Source: Patescibacteria group bacterium
GTDB lineage: Bacteria > Patescibacteriota > Saccharimonadia > Saccharimonadales > UBA4665
Direction: 5' to 3'
NCBI GenBank assembly: GCA_030272735.1
Contig: JARXKL010000001.1
Span: forward strand, 75,571 to 139,570
Length of the DNA: 64,000 nucleotides
Shown here: one piece after another, positions 8,453 to 17,803 of the stretch
Position numbering within the stretch: the first letter of the stretch is position 1
Layout of the letters: the number at the start of each line of letters is the position of its first letter
The notes under the pieces: generated by a model
What the model saw: the letters and a program-made list of their open reading frames with translations, nothing else
Told to the model about the DNA's origin: nothing
The model's database searches: none
Translations under genes and position numbers: made by a program

Positions 8453-9580
8453 ATGAAGATAGGTCTCGTTTGCCCATATAATGTCCATAAGCAAGGTGGT
8501 GTCCTTGAAGTAGTTTTAGCGCTTAAAACGGGATTAGAAGCTCGTGGGCATAAAGTAAAGATCATTACCCCACAACCTCGTGGCACTGAAGAATTACCCG
8601 TTAAAGACGTAATTTTTGTGGGCGTTTCTACTGATTTTAGGGCTCCATCGCATACAACTGCGCAAGTATCATCGACAAGTGGTGAAGAAAGCATCGACGA
8701 TATGCTCGAAACTGAGCAGTTCGATATTCTGCACTTCCATGAGCCATGGGTTCCACTATTGAGCCGTCAGCTGCTGCAACGTTCTACGAGTGTTAACATT
8801 GCAACGTTCCACGCAAAGATTCCTGAAACTCTGATGAGCCGTACGGTTATTAAAGTTGTCACACCGTACCTCAAATCAGTTATGAAATACCTCAATGTAC
8901 TAACTTCAGTTTCTGATTCTGGTGCGGAATATGCTGCAAGCCTTACCGATCAACCGATCACAATTATCCCTAATGGCATAGACCTTACCAAGTATCAGAC
9001 TGATATTGATCATATTGAAAACGATCATCAAACTATTTTATATATCGGTCGTTTAGAGCGCCGCAAAGGCGTTAAATACTTGCTGCAAGCTTTTCAAGTG
9101 CTTGCTCAAGATAACCCCGATTGCTCACTCATTATTGCTGGTGACGGACCTGACCGCGAAAAGTTAGAGCTCTTAGCGGAGGATTTGCAGTTAACTAATG
9201 TAACTTTTCTTGGGTTCATAAGTGACGATTTAAAGCACGAATTGTTAGCTAAAGCAGATATATTTTGTTCGCCTGCAGTGTTTGGCGAAAGCTTTGGAAT
9301 AGTATTACTTGAAGCGATGGCTACTGGAACTGTTGTGGTTGCTGGAAATAATTCGGGATATATAGATGTCATGCAAGAAGTTGGCACCGTTTCAATAGTG
9401 AACCCTAAGGATGCGCAAGAGTTTGCTCGCCGGCTTGACATGTTGCTTCATGAAAAAGCTTTACGTGAGGTATGGCAGAAATGGGCTAAAAAATACGTAC
9501 AACAGTTCAGTTATGAACGCGTGGTAAAGCAGTACGAAGAACTTTATAAAGAGGCGCTCAAAGAACATGGCCACCGCTAA
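8453..9580 (+). CDS. glycosyltransferase family 4 (GT-B fold)
   Basis: 375 aa with the C-terminal EsFGivllEAMA motif (E-x7-E). Confidence 0.9.
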   Translation: MKIGLVCPYNVHKQGGVLEVVLALKTGLEARGHKVKIITPQPRGTEELPVKDVIFVGVSTDFRAPSHTTAQVSSTSGEESIDDMLETEQFDILHFHEPWVPLLSRQLLQRSTSVNIATFHAKIPETLMSRTVIKVVTPYLKSVMKYLNVLTSVSDSGAEYAASLTDQPITIIPNGIDLTKYQTDIDHIENDHQTILYIGRLERRKGVKYLLQAFQVLAQDNPDCSLIIAGDGPDREKLELLAEDLQLTNVTFLGFISDDLKHELLAKADIFCSPAVFGESFGIVLLEAMATGTVVVAGNNSGYIDVMQEVGTVSIVNPKDAQEFARRLDMLLHEKALREVWQKWAKKYVQQFSYERVVKQYEELYKEALKEHGHR

Positions 9581-10712
9581 GTCATTGAAGATAGGTTTTG
9601 TGCTTGATGACGGCCTTGACAAGCCAGATGGAGTACAACAGTATATCGTGGCAGTTGGATCGTGGATGGGCGCTCAAGGGCACGAAGTCCGGTATTTGGT
9701 TGGCGAAACTAAGCGAACAGACATACCAGGTGTCATTAGTGTTAGCCGCAATATGCGGTGGCAGTTCAACGGGAACCGCGGGACTATGCCCTTGCCCGCC
9801 AGCAGAGTAAAAATTCAGCAGTTATTACAAGATGAACAGTTCGATGTGCTGCATGTCCAAATGCCGTATAGCCCATTTATGGCACATAAAGTTATACTTA
9901 GCGCGCCGCTATCGACTGCAGTCATTGGAACTTATCACATTGCGCCTAATAGTAAACTCGTGATTTATGGCACGAAGGCTCTTGGAGTTTGGCTGCGATC
10001 GTCATTGAGACGTTTTGATACTATGCTGAGTGTTTCACCTGCCGCTGCGGCATTTGCTAAGCAGAGTTTCAACATCGAAACGAGCATCTCGCCGAATGTG
10101 ATCGATTTTCCGCGGTTTCATAAGTCAAAGCCACTCGTCGAATATGACGATGATCTTCCTACAATATTATTTTTAGGGCGCTTAGTGCCACGGAAAGGCT
10201 GTATGGTTCTGCTTCAAGCACTGCAGCTAATGAAGCAAGCTGGCACATTGCCTGAGTGCCGAGTGTTAATCTGTGGCCGCGGCCCGCTAGAAGCGAAACT
10301 AAAAGAGTTTGCAACCATACATAATTTACCTGTTACCTTCGTTGGATTTGTGAGCGAGGACGAAAAGCCGCGATATTACGCATCGGCAGATATCGCGATA
10401 TTTCCGAGTAGTGGCGGCGAAAGTTTTGGTATTGTTCTCTTAGAGGCTATGGCGAGCGGTAATGCAGTAGTTCTAGCTGGCGATAATCCTGGCTATAGGT
10501 CCGTACTTCATAACAATCCAGAATTGTTATTCGACCCATTGAACCCTCAGGCACTTGCAGAAAAAATTACACTCCATATGTCAAACGCGAAGCGAAGCAA
10601 TCAACAGAGGCTGTGGGGAGTTAATTTTACCAAACAGTTCGATATAGGAATCGTTGGTGAGCAAGTTGAATCAATTTACAGAGATGCATTGCAAAAACGT
10701 TCCAAGCAATAG
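9567..10712 (+). CDS. glycosyltransferase family 4 (GT-B fold)
   Basis: 381 aa paralog of the preceding gene. GGESFGIVLLEAMASG motif. 14-nt overlap with the upstream GT. Confidence 0.9.
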   Translation: MATAKSLKIGFVLDDGLDKPDGVQQYIVAVGSWMGAQGHEVRYLVGETKRTDIPGVISVSRNMRWQFNGNRGTMPLPASRVKIQQLLQDEQFDVLHVQMPYSPFMAHKVILSAPLSTAVIGTYHIAPNSKLVIYGTKALGVWLRSSLRRFDTMLSVSPAAAAFAKQSFNIETSISPNVIDFPRFHKSKPLVEYDDDLPTILFLGRLVPRKGCMVLLQALQLMKQAGTLPECRVLICGRGPLEAKLKEFATIHNLPVTFVGFVSEDEKPRYYASADIAIFPSSGGESFGIVLLEAMASGNAVVLAGDNPGYRSVLHNNPELLFDPLNPQALAEKITLHMSNAKRSNQQRLWGVNFTKQFDIGIVGEQVESIYRDALQKRSKQ

Positions 10713-10715
10713 ATA

Positions 10716-11843
10716 ATGCATCGTATGTCACTCTTCCGTAAATCCTCACCTGATCCCGAGATGAACTTAACCTTCTCCAATGCGACCTTTTTTCGGTTTG
10801 CTGCACTAACCATCGCAACACTCGCGCTCCTCCTCGCCGTCCATAAAGCAGCTCACGCACTACTCCTTGTTTTCACCGCTTTTTTCTTAGCCCTTGCTTT
10901 AAATGCCCCAGTCCGAAAAATAAGTAGCCACCTTCCCGGTAAGCGCAGAAATAGTCGCAAACTTGGAACGGTTATTTCATTTCTGTTCGTCATAATTTTC
11001 CTCGGTGGATTTATTGCCAGTATTGTACCGCCACTTATTAAGCAAACCGACAACTTTGCTGCGGCTGCTCCAAGTTTGGTACATGATTTTAGGAGCCAAA
11101 ACAGCACAACAGGTAGATTTATTCGTAAACACAAATTACAGAAACAAGTAGACAAGTTCTCACAACAATTCTCGTCACGCATCAGTAACATCGGCGGTAC
11201 AGTGTTTTCAACCGCCCAACGATTGTTTAGCAGTATTTTCTCGCTACTTACTATATTAGTACTAACTTTCATGATGCTTATAGAAGGCCCTGCTTGGATT
11301 AAATTCATGCGCGAGGTACTACCGGACAGACATCACGAAGTTGCAGATCGTCTCGCAGTAGACATGTATAGAGTTATTAAGGGTTATGTTAATGGCCAGG
11401 TATTACTCGCAGCTTTAGCTGCTGTTTTGATTATGCCTGCAGTACTCATTCTCGACATCAGCTACCCTATCGCGCTGATGGTTATCATATTTATATGCGG
11501 TCTTATACCGATGGTTGGCCATACTATTGGTGCGGCAATAATCACGCTTGTAGCATTGTTTACCTCTTCGTCTGCTGCGCTCATAATTTTGATTTACTAT
11601 ATTTTATATCAACAGATTGAGAATATTTTTATACAGCCAAAGATTCAAGCTAATTCAACCGACATGTCACCATTACTTGTATTTATGTCAGTTGTGATTG
11701 GTGTGAGCTTTGGCGGTCTGTTCGGTGGTCTGGTGGCCATACCAGTGACCGGTTGTATTCGCATTGCCCTGCTTGAATATTTACGCAGCCGTAAAATAAT
11801 TGATACTCCTGAATTCAATAAGATTACAGGGGAAACCAAATAG
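10716..11843 (+). CDS. AI-2E family (PerM/UPF0118) transporter
   Basis: 375 aa, about 8 TM. The conserved GLIPMVG...IENIFIQPKI region is typical of the family. Confidence 0.8.
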   Translation: MHRMSLFRKSSPDPEMNLTFSNATFFRFAALTIATLALLLAVHKAAHALLLVFTAFFLALALNAPVRKISSHLPGKRRNSRKLGTVISFLFVIIFLGGFIASIVPPLIKQTDNFAAAAPSLVHDFRSQNSTTGRFIRKHKLQKQVDKFSQQFSSRISNIGGTVFSTAQRLFSSIFSLLTILVLTFMMLIEGPAWIKFMREVLPDRHHEVADRLAVDMYRVIKGYVNGQVLLAALAAVLIMPAVLILDISYPIALMVIIFICGLIPMVGHTIGAAIITLVALFTSSSAALIILIYYILYQQIENIFIQPKIQANSTDMSPLLVFMSVVIGVSFGGLFGGLVAIPVTGCIRIALLEYLRSRKIIDTPEFNKITGETK

Positions 11844-13233
11844 CGCCATCTGGTGTGTCACGTACGCCGATTTTCTGTTCAGTTAATTTTTGACGCAGTG
11901 CATCAGCTTCTTCCCAGTTTTTTTCTTCACGTGCTTTCGTACGACTTTCAATGAGTAACTTAAGATCATCAGAAATATCACCTATATCGCAGAGTTTTAA
12001 GCCTAAGAGAGCATCTATACCCTCAAGCATAACTACAAAGTGATCAAGCATATCCTCCTCAATGAGAACAGCAAGCAACTGCGTGCTTACTCGACTGAGA
12101 AATGCGAGTGCATGTGGCGTGCTGAGGTCTTCAGCTAATATCGTAGCTAGTTCTTCTGGTACATCACGCAATGAAAAGGTGCCAGCATCGTGAGCGAGAG
12201 GCAATGCTTGCCATCGCAGGGCCGCGACGGCTTGTAGTTCGCGTAATCTATTCTGGGCCGCACCAAGATTCTCCCAGCTAAAATGAGCTTGGTTACGATA
12301 ATGAGATTGCAACACGAGCATGCGGAATGCAAGTGGGTCGTATCCGTTAGCTACTATGTCGCTAACGGTATAAAAGTTATTGAGTGACTTAGCCATCTTT
12401 TTGCCATCTATTAAGAGATGCTCATTGTGTGCAAATACTGTGGCGTAAATTGGATCATGTTGTGTAGCAGTGCTTTGGGCAATTTCGTTTTCATGATGTG
12501 GAAAAATCAAATCAATGCCGCCAGTGTGAATGTCGAATGGCATGTCCAAGCTCGACTGGCTCATGGCGGAGCATTCAATATGCCATCCAGGTCGTCCAGT
12601 AATATTGTGTCCGTCAAGCATGTACTCCCATGCAGGTTCACCAGGCTTTTGTTTTTTCCAAAGTGCAAAATCATGTACCGATTCTTTGTCATATTCATCA
12701 TTATCAATGCGAGCTTCACTCGTCGATTCTGCAGATATTTCAGTCAGTTGCCCGTAAACTTTGCCGGATTTCCGGTATGCGTCAATATCAAAATAAACGC
12801 CGTCTTCGGTAATATAGGCTATTTTATGGTCATATAATGCTGATATAAGTGCTTGCATGTCACCTATATGATCAGTAGCCTTAGTGAAAGTAACTGCCTG
12901 AATATCGTTGCCAACTAATTTCATATCAGTAAAAAACTTTTGACTATATTTGTCGGTAACAGTTAGTAAGGCGTTCATTGGATCAGTGTCAGGCATTTGG
13001 ACACGGCTACCTTTAATCGTTTTGTCGTCTATGTCGGTAATATTCATTACATGAGTAACTTTTCCGGTTTGGGCAGCGACACGACGAACCATATCGGCAA
13101 AAATGAATGAGCTCAGGTTGCCTATATGAATTTCGTTGTACACAGTAGGACCACAGCTATATATTCGCAGCCCTGCAGGTTGGAGAGCTGTTACTGGTTC
13201 AATTTGTTTGGTACGCGTATTGTATAGTTTCAT
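11824..13233 (-). CDS. cysS: cysteine--tRNA ligase
   Basis: HIGN (HIGH) and KMAKS (KMSKS) motifs. Start trimmed to MKLYNTRTKQ (ATG at 13233). The ORF-track N-terminal 19 aa are probably not translated. Confidence 0.95.
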   Translation of the reverse strand: MKLYNTRTKQIEPVTALQPAGLRIYSCGPTVYNEIHIGNLSSFIFADMVRRVAAQTGKVTHVMNITDIDDKTIKGSRVQMPDTDPMNALLTVTDKYSQKFFTDMKLVGNDIQAVTFTKATDHIGDMQALISALYDHKIAYITEDGVYFDIDAYRKSGKVYGQLTEISAESTSEARIDNDEYDKESVHDFALWKKQKPGEPAWEYMLDGHNITGRPGWHIECSAMSQSSLDMPFDIHTGGIDLIFPHHENEIAQSTATQHDPIYATVFAHNEHLLIDGKKMAKSLNNFYTVSDIVANGYDPLAFRMLVLQSHYRNQAHFSWENLGAAQNRLRELQAVAALRWQALPLAHDAGTFSLRDVPEELATILAEDLSTPHALAFLSRVSTQLLAVLIEEDMLDHFVVMLEGIDALLGLKLCDIGDISDDLKLLIESRTKAREEKNWEEADALRQKLTEQKIGVRDTPDGAIWFPL

Positions 13234-14251
13234 CGGGTTTATCCTTATCAAGTGTATCAAGTAATTCAGATGCATACGCCAAACATGCATTTTTTGTTTC
13301 GTCGAAAGGCGTTGCTGTGACTACCTTAAAGCCGCTTGCATAGGCATGTCCCCCGCCGCCGAACTTTATAGCTATTTCGGCCGCAAGACCAGCTGATGGG
13401 TTGCAACGAATTGCTGCGGTAACTTTGCCGTCATCATATGACTTGAAGACAATTGCAATGCGCACGCCGGTAGTTTGCAGCATATCGTTTTGAACAAGCG
13501 GACCCGGGTTATAGAGAGGGCTATACTGATTGATTTCGACTTGTGGAACCGTTACGCTGGCAATACTGCCTTCACGGATGAATTCAGTATGGGCTATAAG
13601 CTGAGCCTTATATTTGAATATGACTGCGGGCATTTTTGTGTATTCGCGGCGTGATTCTTCAAGTGCTGGACGGTCCACTCCGTGCTCAATCATTTCTGCC
13701 ATAATACGGTAGGTTTCCGCTGAAGCCAACTGATTACTTAAGCCCTGAGTATCACCTAATATCGAATAGGTAATGCAATCGAGAGCCGGCTTTGCCATTG
13801 GCCATCCAAGGTCCTTAGCAAGCATATAAATTAGTTCGCCAGCGGATGCACGGGTGTGGTCGTTCACCATGATATTGGCAAACGGCACTAAATTTTCTAC
13901 GGTCTGGTGGTGATCGAGCACGGCACAGGGTTTTGATGCCAGTTGCTTTTCTGCCGGCGTGCCTGCTATGCGCTCAAAAAGCGTCATTGTGGAGGCATCG
14001 ACGATAATACTGGCATCGAATTGTTTCGGCAGGTCTTTTTGGACGCGGTCCCAGCCTAATATGTAGTGGAGGTATCCGGGCATATCTACCGCGCAGTAGA
14101 GCAGCGGTTCCTTGCCCAAATCACTCAGAATTTGCTCGAGTGCCAGTGCACTGCCCAGACTGTCGGCGTCAGGGTTATCGGCCTGCACTACGACTACTAT
14201 ATGTGCAGCGGCAACTAATTCTTGCAAGGCGGTTGCTTCATGGTATTTCAT
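13199..14251 (-). CDS. nrnA: DHH/DHHA1 family phosphoesterase (NrnA-like nanoRNase/pAp phosphatase)
   Basis: DADSLGS, DHH (VLDHHQ) and GGGH motifs in a 350 aa protein. Confidence 0.85.
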   Translation of the reverse strand: MKYHEATALQELVAAAHIVVVVQADNPDADSLGSALALEQILSDLGKEPLLYCAVDMPGYLHYILGWDRVQKDLPKQFDASIIVDASTMTLFERIAGTPAEKQLASKPCAVLDHHQTVENLVPFANIMVNDHTRASAGELIYMLAKDLGWPMAKPALDCITYSILGDTQGLSNQLASAETYRIMAEMIEHGVDRPALEESRREYTKMPAVIFKYKAQLIAHTEFIREGSIASVTVPQVEINQYSPLYNPGPLVQNDMLQTTGVRIAIVFKSYDDGKVTAAIRCNPSAGLAAEIAIKFGGGGHAYASGFKVVTATPFDETKNACLAYASELLDTLDKDKPDETIQYAYQTN

Positions 14252-14853
14252 AATGTACGCCGTTCTGCGAGTGCCCTACCCAGTGTTATCTGATCGGCAT
14301 ACTCAAGATCAACACCAATCGATAAGCCGCGGGCTAAACGTGATATTTCTATGTTGCGGTCGCCAATTTGCTGCTGGATGTACAGTGCTGTAGACTCGCC
14401 CTCTACACTAGCGTTAGTAGCTAATATGAGCTCCTGCACCTCATCTTCATCGATTCGTTTAATGAGTTCTGCGATATGGAGTTGGTCGGGGTTTATCCCG
14501 TCAATAGGCGAAACTAAGCCGCCAAGTACATGATACGTACCATGAAATTGACCGGTTTTTTCCAAAGCAACAATATCGAACGGTTCAGCAACAATCGCAA
14601 CGATAGTTTTATCTCGGCGAGGATCACTGTATAGGTCAGATATTTCCTGCCCTGCTGGCACTAGAGCAAATGTTTTTTTGCAGTAGCCCACTCCGATCTG
14701 GAGTCCTTGTAATGCAGCGGCTATTTTATGGGGAGAGTCGTTAGAATGGCGAATGAGGTAGTATGCATAACGTTCGGCGGTGCGTGGCCCGACACCAGGG
14801 AGTAAACCAAAGGCGTCGATAACGTCCTGCAGTGCGGGCGGCAGTATGTTCAT
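14248..14853 (-). CDS. recR: recombination protein RecR (zinc-finger cysteines mostly lost)
   Basis: LPGVGPRTAER helix-hairpin-helix and a Toprim domain (ILATNASVEGESTA). Start trimmed to MNILPPAL. Confidence 0.9.
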   Translation of the reverse strand: MNILPPALQDVIDAFGLLPGVGPRTAERYAYYLIRHSNDSPHKIAAALQGLQIGVGYCKKTFALVPAGQEISDLYSDPRRDKTIVAIVAEPFDIVALEKTGQFHGTYHVLGGLVSPIDGINPDQLHIAELIKRIDEDEVQELILATNASVEGESTALYIQQQIGDRNIEISRLARGLSIGVDLEYADQITLGRALAERRTL

Positions 14854-14854
14854 G

Positions 14855-15148
14855 CTACAAGCCGAGATTGCCGAGAGCACCCATCATCGGCTGCATCTTC
14901 TCAGCAGCAACACGTTGGCTCTCTTGAATCGCTTCTTTGACAGCATCTTCTACCCATCGCTCAAGCTGACCAATATCATCAAGATCCACGGCTGCTGGAT
15001 CGATATGTACTTTCTTGAGTTTCTGCTCGCCAGTGATTTCTACACGCACGGCGCCATCTCCTTTTTCGACCGTGATCACCAGCTTCTGTAATTCACTCTG
15101 AATTTTCTTTACACGCATAAGCATTTTAGCTTGGTCAAATCGGCTCAT
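14855..15148 (-). CDS. ybaB: YbaB/EbfC nucleoid-associated protein
   Basis: 97 aa with typical family sequence (KMLMRVKKIQSELQKL...V.I.G...). Adjacent to recR. Confidence 0.9.
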   Translation of the reverse strand: MSRFDQAKMLMRVKKIQSELQKLVITVEKGDGAVRVEITGEQKLKKVHIDPAAVDLDDIGQLERWVEDAVKEAIQESQRVAAEKMQPMMGALGNLGL

Positions 15149-15178
15149 GGTAGACTCCCTTTAGATACTGCCAGTATA

Positions 15179-16375
15179 TCAGTTAAGACGCTGATATTGA
15201 AAGGTGGCTTTAGCCGCTAGATTATGCGGCCAGGCAACAAAATATGCCCGTGTATTCAATATGCAACTTAGAAAGACTGCTATAGATAGTACGGCAATGC
15301 CAATTCCTCGGGCTAATGGGTTTCGAGGGAAAACTTTGAGCCATTCATGTAGTAGATACGTTATGCCCATTCCAGCAAAAATATACAGCAGTGGGACTAG
15401 CAAGCTCAAGCTCACTGGCCCATGCAGGCCAATCAGTACTCCGCCACCTATCAGGTAAAACAGTAATAATCTTGCTCGGCTGTTTTTCCAGTGTCGCAGA
15501 TAGAAGTAAATCCCAAGTACGGTGATTGTGAGGGTAAAGATATCCAAAATAGGCATTTTCCCGAGCCACAGGTCTGAATATTCTGGCCCCCTGATAAAAA
15601 GATGTAATGGTACCGCTAAAAATTCTTTAAGAACTGAATGCATGTTTGCGAAATGAGTCGGTAGTCCGAGCCATGTTTTTAAGAAGTCGCCAGAGGTAGC
15701 TAATCTATATAAGAGTAGCGGTAGCCAGATACTACTAAGAAGGCCAAATATAACTCGCTGAGAGACCGTTGACTCGTTCGTAAGCAATGATTTGTACTGC
15801 GGTCGACGCGAATAAATAATAGGTGCGATAAGCCACACCATTCCCGGTATGTATAGTAATAAACCCCATATTGCTATAGTGGAAAACATAAGTACCTTTT
15901 TATTCGGAAATTTACCCGTAAGAGAGTGAAGTAAAAGTATAGTTGGTGTTGCCCACAAATAAAGAACATCAAATGAGGCGAGACGAGTAGTATGGAGCGT
16001 CCAAGCGCTGCTAGCGTACAGTAAGCCGATGAGCAGCGCAGTTCTCCAGCCATGCCATAGCTTTACGAGCGCAATTAGGCTAAGAACGGAAAGCACTCCA
16101 AATAACACATTAGGCAACCTTGTAAGGAGCCGACCGTGATCGATAGCAACGGTAAAGACTATTGAGCGTATAAACTTGAGCGGTAGATACAGCGGATCGT
16201 TACTGAGCCCATGCCAGCCGACAATTTGCGTTGAGGCCATTGACTCTTGATAGCTTAAGCCAGGTACAAGACTCGCGAGTCGATAACTGTAAAAGGCCGA
16301 TAGCCCTGCGAGAACGATGAGCGCTATACCAATCTGAGTTTTATGAGTGAGCAAGAAGGCGCGTGCCTGTTTCAT
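15179..16375 (-). CDS. polytopic membrane protein, possibly a GT-C-fold (ArnT/PMT-like) glycosyltransferase
   Basis: 398 aa with about 11 predicted TM helices. The family assignment rests only on the architecture. Confidence 0.45.
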   Translation of the reverse strand: MKQARAFLLTHKTQIGIALIVLAGLSAFYSYRLASLVPGLSYQESMASTQIVGWHGLSNDPLYLPLKFIRSIVFTVAIDHGRLLTRLPNVLFGVLSVLSLIALVKLWHGWRTALLIGLLYASSAWTLHTTRLASFDVLYLWATPTILLLHSLTGKFPNKKVLMFSTIAIWGLLLYIPGMVWLIAPIIYSRRPQYKSLLTNESTVSQRVIFGLLSSIWLPLLLYRLATSGDFLKTWLGLPTHFANMHSVLKEFLAVPLHLFIRGPEYSDLWLGKMPILDIFTLTITVLGIYFYLRHWKNSRARLLLFYLIGGGVLIGLHGPVSLSLLVPLLYIFAGMGITYLLHEWLKVFPRNPLARGIGIAVLSIAVFLSCILNTRAYFVAWPHNLAAKATFQYQRLN

Positions 16376-16420
16376 GAGTGTATTATAAACTGCTGGTCGT
16401 AATTGCCCTAGTGCTTATAA

Positions 16421-17797
16421 TCAACTAAACGGATCTGCAGCATGCCGGCTATCTACAGAGCGGAAACGCTGCTTTTCATTATCGAAATAGAGTTCTACAC
16501 TTCCAACTGGGCCGTTACGGTGCTTTTTGATAAAAAGATCTGTCAGTTTTTTGCGATCTGTCTCGGGGTTGTAGTACTCTTCGCGGTAAATGAATGCCAC
16601 AACATCGGCATCTTGCTCGATTGAACCCGATTCACGAAGGTCTGATAGCTGCGGAATTTGAGGGCTACGATTTTCTACTGATCGACTTAACTGGCTCAAT
16701 GCAAGCACTGGAACGTTGAGCTCTCTGGCCACACCTTTGAGACCACGCGATATTTCGGATATTTCTTGTACGCGGTTGCCTTCATTGCCAAAACGGTTGC
16801 CGCCACTCATCAGTTGCAGATAGTCCACAATAATCAGTCCTAACGGCCTCTGATGGGCTTCGCGGCGGGCTTTAGTGCGTAAATCGCTAATTGTAATCCC
16901 TGGCGTGTCATCAATAAATATTGGTGCTTCAGATAGCGTACCCATGGCATGGCCGATCTTCTCGAAGTCGCTATCGGTTAAATTACCAGTGCGCAACGCC
17001 CAGGCATCAACACCCGATTCCATGGACAGTAAGCGGTCGACAAGCTGTTCTTTGCTCATCTCCATACTAAAAAACAGGACCGGCTGTTGCGACTGCACCG
17101 CAATATTGTGGGCAAAGTTTAACGACAAGGCTGTTTTACCCATTGATGGACGGGCTGCTAGAATAATCAGATCAGATTTTTGGAAGCCAGCCAACAAATG
17201 GTCTACATCAGCTAGCCCAGTCGGGACACCGCGAATCTTTTGCTTATCTTTATGCAGTTCATCAAGTCGGTCAAAACTGGCAGCTAAAATAGTTTCTAAG
17301 CTGACCATGTCTTGCTTAATATGCTGCTGGCTTACTTGGAAAAGCCTAGTTTCGGCCTCCTCAACTAGTTCTGTGAGTTGTTTTGATTCATCATAGCCAA
17401 GTGCAACCATATCTTTTGAGGCCGCAATTAAACGTCGCCGAAGTGCTTTTTGAGCAACGATATCGGCATACTGTTCGACATGACTGGCAGTCGGTACAAA
17501 ATTTGTGAGTTCAGTTAAGTATGATGGGCCGCCAACTGTATCGAGATGACCATTCCCGCGAAGTCTGTCTGACAAGGTAAGTACGTCTATAGCATCGTGA
17601 TGCTCGTAGAGCTGAGTAATAGCTTGATATATCCGATTATGTCGCGGATCAAAAAAATCATCGTTCGATATCGTGTCGGCAACTTTGACAATAGCGTCCG
17701 TATCAATCAGTAGTGCGCCGAGCAAACTGGCCTCTGCTTCGACGTTTTGTGGTGGTGGCCCAGTGACCATTGACGAATCCATTGCTTCCCTCTCCAT
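16421..17797 (-). CDS. dnaB: replicative DNA helicase DnaB
   Basis: N-terminal PQNVEAEASLLGALL, Walker A ARPSMGKTA, and RecA-like C-terminal domain motifs. Confidence 0.95.
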   Translation of the reverse strand: MEREAMDSSMVTGPPPQNVEAEASLLGALLIDTDAIVKVADTISNDDFFDPRHNRIYQAITQLYEHHDAIDVLTLSDRLRGNGHLDTVGGPSYLTELTNFVPTASHVEQYADIVAQKALRRRLIAASKDMVALGYDESKQLTELVEEAETRLFQVSQQHIKQDMVSLETILAASFDRLDELHKDKQKIRGVPTGLADVDHLLAGFQKSDLIILAARPSMGKTALSLNFAHNIAVQSQQPVLFFSMEMSKEQLVDRLLSMESGVDAWALRTGNLTDSDFEKIGHAMGTLSEAPIFIDDTPGITISDLRTKARREAHQRPLGLIIVDYLQLMSGGNRFGNEGNRVQEISEISRGLKGVARELNVPVLALSQLSRSVENRSPQIPQLSDLRESGSIEQDADVVAFIYREEYYNPETDRKKLTDLFIKKHRNGPVGSVELYFDNEKQRFRSVDSRHAADPFS

Positions 17798-17803
17798 TAT
17801 CTA

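Noticed and set aside
13199-13233. 35-nt overlap between the nrnA 3' end and the cysS start, as a sign of a frameshift or pseudogene
   Set aside because: Both proteins are full length with all motifs intact. The overlap is compatible with translational coupling. An alternative downstream cysS start cannot be excluded, but nothing suggests gene decay.
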